A stretch of DNA of 64,000 bases, taken from positions 62,001 to 126,000 of the forward strand of contig JAPEUI010000039.1 in assembly GCA_026025075.1 (NCBI GenBank). The letters are read 5' to 3'. The translations under genes were made by a program, and so were the position numbers. Source of the DNA: Vezdaea acicularis (Eukaryota). The notes below the pieces were generated by a model. That model searched no databases. It was given only the letters and a program-made list of their open reading frames with translations, and was not told the origin of the DNA. Positions 38,156-48,199 of this stretch are shown here, in pieces; position 1 is the first letter of the stretch, and each line of letters opens with the position of its first letter.

Positions 38156-39472
38156 TTAACCGCGCTTCCTTGAATTGACATTCCGTCCTGCTCCAACCTT
38201 TGGCCTTCCTCCACCAGTATTTCGATCGCCGGTCATAATTGATGGAAGATAGTCCTCATCCATAAGGTCTCGCTGCTTTTTCCTAGTATTGCCCTCCATG
38301 GCCCGAACATATTCTTTTTGATCTTCGGCCAAGATGAGACCCTGACCCCATGCACCCTTACCACCACCCTTTCCACCACCACCCACGTTTGTTTTACCAC
38401 TCGATGAGCCATTGATAGGCTTTGGTATACTGTAACGGTCCCCTCGGGTATTCCACTGCATATTTCTCTTCAGATGTACCTTGAACTCTCCGTTTTCTGT
38501 TGTCGAACAAGACGCTCGTAGCAGTGTCGGTTTGCCGCAACGAGGGCAGAATTGTTTGCCCATCTCTTTGGTTATCTGGAAGCAAGCATGACATCGAAGG
38601 ACAAATGTCTTTAGGTGCCGAACTCGCATTAGTGAAGATGATAGAAGGTTCAGGTTCATCTGTAGGAGAACATTTTGCATGGCAAAGTCTGTGGTCAAGG
38701 TTGCAACTTGCATTGGTTTCGCCATGTGAACAGGGGCCAGGGATGCATTATCGTCCTTGGATTTCTGTTTTTTGATGTTGGAAGGTGTAATCCACCCATC
38801 TGAGTCAGAATCTTCCTGTTCCCGTACGTCTGAATTGCTATCGCCTCTGGCGTCTGGCGCGGGTGCCCAATTCTCCTCGGTAAGGTTCAAGTCCTCTATT
38901 GTAACCTGTGACAACTTACCTGGCGTCGTCGCCTCTACAATCTCTTGTTCGTCAGGTTCGATAGCAGGGCTTTGCGTTAAGACTTGTTGTGCCTTTGGGG
39001 CGTCCGCCTGCCGGGTTGTGTCAGACATTTCGATTGCGGGTGGCTGCGCTCCTTTAGCTTCGACTAGTGCCTGCTTGGCTGGTAGTGGCCCGTTCAAAGC
39101 CTTTTGGCCGGGGACTCTTCTCAGTCTCCAATCTCCGCCATTTCTCTCGCATTCAAGCTCGTACGCCAAAGCCAAAACTTGCAGATCAGTTCTGCTGAGG
39201 AGTTCGAAGTCGCCAGTCTTCCTAGAGAAATCTGCTACGAGCTTCAAACTCTGCGGTGCAGGGCTCCTGAGAGTCAAGAATGGGAGGAGGGTTGTCTCTA
39301 TTCTGGATCGTGCGGAAGCATCCCGAATCTCGTCGATAACTGAAGGTACGGTAAAAATCATCTCTGACTGCGCACGCAAGCTAGATATGCTGGGCTCGTT
39401 CTTCAGGATGGGTCCAGCATCAAGAACTAAGGAATAGACAGCCTTCGAAAGCTCCATAGTCGGAGAATTCAT
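38156..39472 (-). CDS. NOB1: 20S pre-rRNA D-site endonuclease Nob1
   Basis: PIN domain LVLDAG...LSRTD, TTDFAMQNV, zinc ribbon RCHACF...FCPRCG. Confidence 0.96.
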   Translation of the reverse strand: MNSPTMELSKAVYSLVLDAGPILKNEPSISSLRAQSEMIFTVPSVIDEIRDASARSRIETTLLPFLTLRSPAPQSLKLVADFSRKTGDFELLSRTDLQVLALAYELECERNGGDWRLRRVPGQKALNGPLPAKQALVEAKGAQPPAIEMSDTTRQADAPKAQQVLTQSPAIEPDEQEIVEATTPGKLSQVTIEDLNLTEENWAPAPDARGDSNSDVREQEDSDSDGWITPSNIKKQKSKDDNASLAPVHMAKPMQVATLTTDFAMQNVLLQMNLNLLSSSLMRVRHLKTFVLRCHACFQITKEMGKQFCPRCGKPTLLRASCSTTENGEFKVHLKRNMQWNTRGDRYSIPKPINGSSSGKTNVGGGGKGGGKGAWGQGLILAEDQKEYVRAMEGNTRKKQRDLMDEDYLPSIMTGDRNTGGGRPKVGAGRNVNSRKRG

Positions 39473-42173
39473 AATAGCTGACCTAATTTAGGTGTGTTAT
39501 TTGGGGAAACAAATCGAAAGATGCATGGATTAGATCCTGGGTGAAGAATTCGCAAGGGAGTAGAGCTCGCACGTGACAGTGGTTTAGGCCTCGAATAGTG
39601 TCTGCTCCCCGCCACGGCTTGGTGGCGCAACGGACTTCTAATAATCGACAACGACTCAACTTCTCCAGACGAAAGTTGGGCTGCGTCAGGAGCGAAGCCT
39701 GCTCGTCTCTGCAAGAGCCTTTTAGGGGCTGTACGACAATACTACCTTCGATGAGACGACCGGCCTGTCCTTTGGTCTGCAATCTCGATTTTCGCAAACC
39801 TGCTCCACTTCGATCGTCGTCAGAATACAAGCTCCCCCTGCCTGAGTTTGTCCGGCTTGGGAACGCTTAAGCTCCGGGCTGTGGTTGGCGGCAAAATCCT
39901 TGCTCTCCTTGACCCGCAGGATCGGACAGGACGACCCAGCGGAGAAAAGCAGTCAAGAGAGGCTTTTCAAAGGAACGTGTCGCAATGGCAGATCCTCAAT
40001 CTTCCCAGCGGCTTCGTCATAAAAATTCTCTAGCGCGGCATGCGCGTCGCCCTCGATAAAACGCTGAGCGCCAAGCGGCAACATTCGCCGTTTTGAGCTT
40101 TGTTCAAGAACTGCATCTGCCGATGTCTTACGGGGCAACTTCGGACTGGCGCCGAACATCAACGATCATGCAAGCCATTTCACATCTCTTCATTCATTTT
40201 TGTATGTTCTGCAGATGCACCCTGCTGGAAGATCAGAGCTGTTGTGCTGTCCTTTTCGGCGGAGTTGCAGAGTAACCCTCCCTGCGCTCTGCACTGACCC
40301 AGGGGGGAAGCGTGCCTTAACCTGTGATCTGTCAACAGGTAATCAACACAACAGGGTTACCCCGCACAAGCTTACGTTGTTTGATTCGTTCTGCCCTTCA
40401 AGACCTTCTGTTCGATTATCCTTTGCAAAGCATCGGCCTATAAAGACAGGGACGTGTGGACTTCTTTCCCTTAGTTCAAGAAGAGCCGATCAGCAGAGGG
40501 GAACGCGAGACGCAGTGACACAGATTAATGCGTCACTCTTCACCTGCTATTCCCCTGACCGTCATTGAGCATCCACGGAAGATGCGCGATTGCGAAAATA
40601 TATATTTTCCGTCGTCTCTTTGGTCATCGCCTTGACGAACTTGTCCGCGGGCCAAATTACTTGAGAAACTTATTCCCGTTGAGCGCTCCTAATGCAGGCT
40701 GTTCACAGTGTGCTTCAAACAAGCTTACTCTGCCTTTTGGGGGAGGATTACTGTTGGAACGTGGGGGGCCTTAGGCTTGTCCACAGGTAAGCGTTTCTAG
40801 CCAGTAGACCATCAGCTGTGCCCCCCTCCACGATGTGTGTGATGGACCGCAAGTGCCCAGGCTTGGCTAACTTATCGCTCTTCTTCGTAAAGGGAACGTG
40901 CGATCTAGCGCTCCGGTACAGGTTGCTGCCGGCGTTTCTGACCGATCGCAATGGTGTAATTGCGCAAGGCAAAAAGAAGGCAAACGCGCTATCTGGTTTT
41001 TTCCCGACTGCTACGGGTTGCGGTTTTTGGCTTGCATGAGTGAGCACAAGGTACTTAAGGGTATCGAGATCTCCTGACACAAGGAAAACTTATGGGATGC
41101 TCCATTGCGATGCCGCCCTTTCCCTTCCTGGACGAATTCGTTCATAAATCCGGAACTGTATACGAGACAAAGGGACGGCGGCTTCCGGAACGCAGCGCGA
41201 CATTCTGCTAGCCTAGACCGGCTCGGTACTCGAAATCCAATCCTTAGCCCTACGCTTCTTCAAGGCATGACGAGCCTTATATGTTGTGTGAGGCTCTGGG
41301 TACATGCGAGCCGCTTCTCCCGTCACGTGGCGCTATGTACCTTTGTCTTCATAAGAGAATAAGCACTGGCCCTTTGCCCTACGAAAGATCCTAAGGTTGC
41401 TTACGGTGCCGCAGATAGCTATACTTACCCCCATTCTCACAACAACGGACTAAACCCTCGTCTTGATGGCTCCTCGCGATCGGACTGCATGGCTTGACGC
41501 ATGGCTCACCCCTCGCCCACTCCAATAAGGGGGTTTCCTTAAGAGCGGCGCCATGCTACAAACCCCACTCCTTCAATTCTGATCAATTCCGCCACGAAGA
41601 GGGCGGGGTCATGTCTGAGAGACGTCTACTTTGGATGTCCCGCCTCTGACGCACGGTCGAAACAACACTGATTCGACAACTCACCGGATTCTCACCTGAT
41701 TCGTACTTCCAGAGAATCCTCTCATCGCAGCAATGAGATAATCGCCGGCAAGTATTGAGACATTGCAGAGCGGCGCCAGCAATGGCCATTGCTATGATTG
41801 TACACCGTTACCGCCTTGGTGGAGATGTTTTGGCGCGCTGCTGTCGGCAGCTTGGCACTAGGATACTATGGGCTGGAACGCTGGCGGATTGGGCGGTGCT
41901 TGCTTATCTTCCCCATTAGCTCCAGCAATCGTCCTAGTCAAGGATTTAGCATATTCAACCCCCGGGAGTTATCGTCACGCGCCCCTCTTTATTCTGTAGG
42001 TTGTGCTCACTCGAGCCGTGAGCACTCCGAAGCAGTTATAAACAAAGCACTCGCCGCCGTTTCCTTGATAAGGTCGGTGCTTCGAGGGGTCTAGAAACTT
42101 GGTGGTCGTTCAACATCGACCTTTTATCCTACACAGAACATCGTGCGACGGCCAGGGGACGTCGTATCCAAAC

Positions 42174-43183
42174 ATGGTAGGCCGATCTAACACCATAAGA
42201 ATCTCTTTCGGCTAACTCTCGCCATTTAGGATCGCGGCTCACAGGGCAGCAATGGTAGTTACGCCGAATGGCCCCTAGCGGGTTCGAATCCTAATGCCAA
42301 ACAAACCCCAGGGACAGGTATAGGCCAGAAACCAACAGCCAAAAAACTACCCGACAGACTCAGCTTCTACTTTAGTGTTGAGACAGTTGACCTTAATCGT
42401 AATGACCCGGCTGCTTACGCTACCTCTATCCCGGGCCACGGAGACTGGGTACCTCCTAGATCGAAAAGTGCTTTGATAGGTAGCGGGGAAACATGGTATA
42501 GATGGGATAGAGGGACTACGACACAATTGACCGAGTTTGATTTGCCTCAGGTCAAGCCTCACCTCGAGCTCTACGAGGAGGCCACAATGATGCATGATGA
42601 TGGTTACGAGAAGCTTTGGCTCATACCAATGGATGCAAAAACCACAAATGTCAGTGATTTGTATGGCGAGGGCGCAGACTGGAAGTCAATGTCATTCGTA
42701 CAGAAAGAGGACCCCGACGGCATTGTGTATTCATGGGTGGGCTACATGGGAGGGTCTGCCCGACTTCCTGTGCCAGCCTCATCCTCTTGGGACGATCAAT
42801 TAATTCCAGATATGCCGTATGGCTGGCGTGATGAATATGGATATAAATCTGCAAATTCTCGATCGCAACCACAACCGGGGAATGGCCTATGCGGCTCAAT
42901 ATCTGTCCTTCTTTGCTTGGCAGCCTTCTCCTGCCCAGAGCACGAACTAACTCAAACCCTCAAGGACTCCTTCAAGTATCGCGAGTGGGTTCGTCACGCT
43001 CGCGTCCATGACCGTAAGTTTCTCAAGAACAAGTTTGTGTTGTTGTTTACTGAACTTTCTGTTCTAGGTAATGGGAAGAAGGGCAAGATTGCACGCGTGT
43101 TCTCCGATCCTTGGAACCCTGCAATGAGCAAGACAGTCTTCAAAGATATTGGACAGGGTAATTATGGACCCGTGTTTGTCTAA
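42174..43183 (+). CDS. Hypothetical protein; ATG-only first coding exon, introns 42177-42229 and 43014-43067
   Basis: ATG|gtaggc...gctaac...ttag opens an uninterrupted frame continuous with the 236-aa ORF; second intron gtaagt...ctag is in frame. Confidence 0.7.
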
Positions 43184-43718
43184 ATATCTGGCATGATTTT
43201 ATATCATTGCCCAATATACGTTTGTGCGATACAAGCCTAGCATGGCTAGGGCACGACTCATTCTCGTTACTCTGTTTGGTACGACTTTTGATTTACAGCC
43301 GCACAGCCATCTGTTTGATATACGTTTGTACGACGACCTAGCAGCTAAATTGATGTTTTTTATGTTTTGTATTTCTCTTGTACCGAGTTTTTCACCATCA
43401 TGATGGTTTCGTACTTGCGGTGATCCTATCTCCTTAGCTCTATGAACTTGAGCGCGTATTTCCTGGTCTATCACCTAAATACACAGACAACTGTTGCCCT
43501 TTGAGTTGCCGCCTTGAGTTGAAACATCTTACTATGGTCTATCGACACCAAAAAACAAAAAACAAAACGAGCTGCTTAAGATGTTTAGCCGTCTCACCAA
43601 AGCGGCTCTAGCTCTGGCTATACTGATACTGGAGCAGACGCGCTTAAAATTTTGGCGGCCACTACCAGCTTTGTAACTTGTAGACTATCTAGCGGTTGCT
43701 AGCTGCCATGTCGTACGA

Positions 43719-45704
43719 TTATCCACTCACGTCGGGCAGACGGACTGCAATATCTCCCGATTGTGTGATATATCTAACCCAAGGTAAACTGGGATACTGG
43801 AGCTGTTGGAAATAAGTATTGTGTCAGCCTCGATAACTTTCGGCTTCCCGAAAAACGAAATTGTAACGTCATGTATGCGTTGAAGAGACGGCGCTATCCA
43901 GTTAATGGGTCCATCATGAGACTCATTAACCCCACGCTGAACCAATCGAGCTACATGCAGCAGGGATCAGGGTAGCCACGAGTCGGGAACTTGCCACGAA
44001 ACGAGAACAGCGAGCGCCCCAAGGGGGATAGCACCACCCCCCCCAGTCGGGCGTTCACGGAAGATTCGTACCCCACGAAAAGAAAATCCGAGATCGGCTT
44101 ACCTTTGGCTCAATTATCTTTAAGTATCGGACCTGTATGCCGCTCGTTGTGAAATAAGGAATCTCGAACTTGACGCTGATTGGTCGCTTTCCCTTCCCGC
44201 CTTGGCCAGCCCCCCCCATGCTACCGCCAAATCCCCCCGTCATCCCACCCCCGTGCTCATCATCGCCTTTGACGGACGGCAGTCCCAGTTCTGCACGCAT
44301 GAGGAATTCTTTGCCACCCCCGAATTGTTTGATTTTCCAGATTATCGCGCTTTTCTCGGGAGCGTAGTGCACCGAACCGATGTTCGTGCGGAATCGTGGC
44401 GAGTCGGCATCATCCGGCACGGGAACTAGGATTTCCACGTTATTCGCCGTACTTCGGCGCTTGAACTGCGCTTTTGCCTGTGAAGAAACGTAAAATTGTC
44501 AGATCATAGCGTGGGTCGAGGCGCCGCAAGGTTTGCATGGATAGAGAGCCTGACCTTAAGCATGTATTCAATCCGGGAGCCCGAATGTGATTCGACCACG
44601 CACTCTACCCATATCAATGGCTTGACTTGTGTGTTGAGCCGATAGCTCATCAGCTCGAATTCGCCGTCAGGTGGGATGAAACTGATCGTCCGGTCATTCT
44701 CGAACCGAGAGAGCCGGACACATTGGTGGAATTTGACGTCCTCCATCTCGACAGCCTTACCCCGCGTCGCCCTCCCCGTAGTTTCGAACATCACTTTATC
44801 GTTTAGGCCTAGCCGTAGCTCTGGCATACCAGAGAGATAGCACTTCATCTTGACCGCCCCCAAAATCTCGGAACGTAGAACATTTCCATTGGAGGAGACG
44901 AGAAGGTTGAGAGACTCAATGACATCCAGGAAAACTTCGTTCTTCCGATATCGTATCCCTTCTGACCGCCACGAAACTGCGTTCGTGACTGCTATTGGAG
45001 GCCGAGCTTGAATTTCCAGTTTATGGGATTCTTGTGTAATGTACCTTGCGAGGGTACGGGTCAGCACCCAATTTCACGGTCTTAAGTTGAGATCAACAGG
45101 AACCTACTCTTGTAATATCTTCGTCTCCGTTGTCTGGGGGTAGCCAAAGTCCATCATCTCATCAAGAAGCTCGTAGATAATCACAAAATTGTCTCGTATG
45201 CTCTCTTCCTCTAGCTCCTTGAAGTACTCTGTGAAGACCTCAACTATCTTGTGAAGGAAAAGTAGTATCTCTGCAGCATTGGTATTTCGCTTTGTGAGCG
45301 CGAGGAGGTAGAGATTATTGTGACGTATATAGAGATACTAGAAGGCGGTGCGATGTCAGCTCAGGTCACTCTTAGCTCCACGTCCGCCTTCGAATAACCA
45401 CAGGATGGGCAAAATATCGATTACGCTTCTACTGTGCTTAAGGCCTTCGTCTCTCGAGGTTTAAGAAAGGTATACGTACATTAACCCCCTCATCTGAGAA
45501 GCATGGTGCAACAGCTGAGCTCTCTTCCTCTGCTTCACTCAAAAGAACCGGGAATTTCTCCACTGCGGACATAGGAATATCCCCTCGATAATTTCGCGCC
45601 AAAAGGGTCTAATGGTTCGTCAGCGACCATGCTACGCAGCAGGTCAATGCCAGCACCCCACTCACCTTTCCCTTCAGGTCGAGGAAAAACACCGCTGATG
45701 CCAT
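43719..45704 (-). CDS. APM1: AP-1 adaptor complex mu subunit; extreme 3' end uncertain (possible extra terminal intron at LPD|gtgagt)
   Basis: MASAVFFLDLKGK, LEEESIRDNFV, NAVSWRSEGIRYRKNEVFLD, SFIPPDGEFELM, LPWVRYITQSG. Confidence 0.95.
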
Positions 45705-46503
45705 GATGTAAGGAGCGTGTACGAGTGTCAGAAGACCCAACGCCTAAATCACCTCAGACTGAAATCATAAAGAGCCCATGTGGTTCATCTCATCGTCATG
45801 GTACGTAGACAGCGATCTAACACTGCTCGCGGAGGCAGCAAAAAAGATGTTCACACTCGGTAGAGCCCTAAAGCGTACTAGCGCGTGGCTCTCGCCTTTC
45901 CTGAAACTTTTCGGCAACTGAAGATATTCTTCTTTTTACATGCGGCCTATAGACAGTGCAAACCACCATTTCCACGACTGGACCGAGACTTCCTGTCTTG
46001 TCCGACTGCTTGGTTACTCCATTGATGAATGTTGCGATTTTAATGGCGCAGAGAGGGATTATATCGGTCTCTATAAGAGCTGGCTCGGGATTTCATACTA
46101 TTGCCCAGCCGGCGTCAGAGGGGCCACACATAAGTAAATTGACAGCAGATGAGATAATCTTTGCTGAGGTAAAGGTTCTGAAGTGACTTTTTGGTCATAT
46201 AAATCATCACGTTTCCGGTTCAAAGTTGCTCGCAACAACTACCAGTCTTGGACCCTTCCCCCCCCGGGCTTAGAGCTGACGCTAAGACCTACGTCAACCC
46301 CCAACCCTTAGGTATACACACTGCTTACCATGTCACATACGCTATTGGCAACACATGACATGGCCTGTGACCCCACACTCTTGGGTGACCGTAACGATAA
46401 CAAGATTATATAGTTGATTCCCCTACGTACTCTATTATAATCAAAATCTAACAAACCCCTCCCAAAGCCGATCTAAAACGCCGTTCATTGTCTAGCCTTG
46501 CAC

Positions 46504-47698
46504 TTACCAAGGCAGCTCTTTATATCTTCCAAGAGCGGCCCTAGTATCTCCTGTGAAGGCACCCAAAAGACCATCTAAACCAGCCATATGGTCCGCCACC
46601 TTCATTCCTTCAAGCCTCTCGGCTTCGATCCTGTCCCAATCCCACACTTCACCCAGAAGGCCTATAGTTCCTGAGTTCAGCTGGGGCTCCACGGATTCAG
46701 CTGGGCTAGATAGCTCATTGACGGAAGCTGAACCGCCAATATTTGTAGAACCATCTGGCGCCTGAGCTGGCTTCGGTGGCAGTAGCCCAGCGGCGTCCAA
46801 AAGCCGTTCGGGACCGATAGTCAAACGTCCTCTTTTAGCTACGTATTTTGCAATTGACGTAGCAAAGATAGCATCATGTGGTGGCTGGCCATCTGAAATC
46901 CCGTTTTGCAGGTGAGAGCCCGCCGCACTCTGCTGATTGGACGACTTAGCCTTGGCAAATAGCCGGTCCGTCCAGCGTTTCCCTTTATTTGGCTGGAATG
47001 TGTATCCCTTTGGCTTCACTACTCCCTTCTTTACTATATGGCTTACAATATAAATCCACTTTCGGTCCCAGCAAAGAACTCGGCTCCAGATATCGTAAGG
47101 CTCAAAGGGCTTTATCTCCCGTCTAAATGTGCACGTAACACCCCCAAGGTATACCTTTACTGGGACGTACGCTCCTTCCCACTTCTCGGCTCCAAGCTTT
47201 TCACAGCCCTTTTGGAAAAGACATAGCATCAAATGGAGCCTTGAGATATCAAGGTCGCTAAAGTAGGTGCTATTGGACTTATGTAGATTGTAATCAGTCT
47301 CAAGGAGAGTCGTGCGGGAAGACGTTATCAGAGGCTGGAATAGAGCACGTGGACCATTCTCTGGGGTAAATTTAGAAGGTCTTATGTAAGAACGGTCAAT
47401 AAGAGTAGTGAATATGCGGACCTACACAACATTAGTGGTTGCCATTATTTAAGGGGGCTAAGACCGAGCAGCGAGATGATTGGTCCGGACCACTCACATG
47501 CCAGAAGAAGGGAAGACTCTTTAGATTCAATAATAGAAACAGCACGCAGAGTGCTCTCCAGATGCGCTTAGCACCATTTTGACCCAGCACGCGCAATACT
47601 TGATTATAAAGGGGGTTAGAACCTTGGTTGGTGATGGCGGCGGCGGAAAGCACGAGCCCGGATAGTATAATGGGCTTCAAATGTGCTGCAGCGTTCAT
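46504..47698 (-). CDS. Hotdog-fold thioesterase-like protein (THEM6/YBR096W-like); intron ~47422-47497
   Basis: LNLKSLPFFWH, ETDYNLHKSNSTYFSDLDISR, LGGVTCTFRREIKP, RVLCWDRKW. Confidence 0.85.
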
Positions 47699-48051
47699 CT
47701 TGATATGATTATGAGCCTCAGCGTTTTCGGTTTGGCTTGATCGACACAAATATCTTGCTCACGTGAAAGGGAGAGCGTGAGATCTTATCCTAGACTTAGG
47801 CACAATACAGCTAAGATTTGTTGAAAAACGGTCAGGGATACGGTGCACACTCCCTGTGAAGGCTTTCACAGACCCATGCGGCGAGAACGATAGCGTGCGA
47901 TCATGGGCGCCTGCCGATGACACATTGACAGAGATTTGATTTACAGGTGCATGTTGATAGGGAAAATAAAGCTGGTCGTCTATCGACGGGATAGCTCTAA
48001 TAGCGGGCGTCGCGGGACCTCGGCAAAACCGAACCTCCGGTGCCCGATCAA

Positions 48052-48063
48052 TTTACGCGTAAA
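48052..48063. promoter_or_regulatory. MCB (ACGCGT) element upstream of CTF4
   Basis: Perfect palindrome TTTACGCGTAAA ~140 nt upstream of the ATG, with further CGCG cores nearby. Confidence 0.6.
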
Positions 48064-48199
48064 CACGCTCAGACACAAAGGTGAGGCGCGTGTCCCGAAT
48101 CAAGGTTTTGCGCAAAGCAACAGATTGGAAGCGTAATATCTTGTGCAATTGATCGTAAGTTGACGGATATCAACACATCAAGTTTTGTCTAGCTCGAAT

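Noticed and set aside
41421..41432. ATACTTACC resembling the U1 snRNA 5' end
   Set aside because: Continues CCCATT rather than TG; no U1 stem-loop I or Sm site seen
42279..42295. GGTTCGAATCC tRNA T-loop/B-box match
   Set aside because: Lies in an open coding exon, with no cloverleaf or A-box
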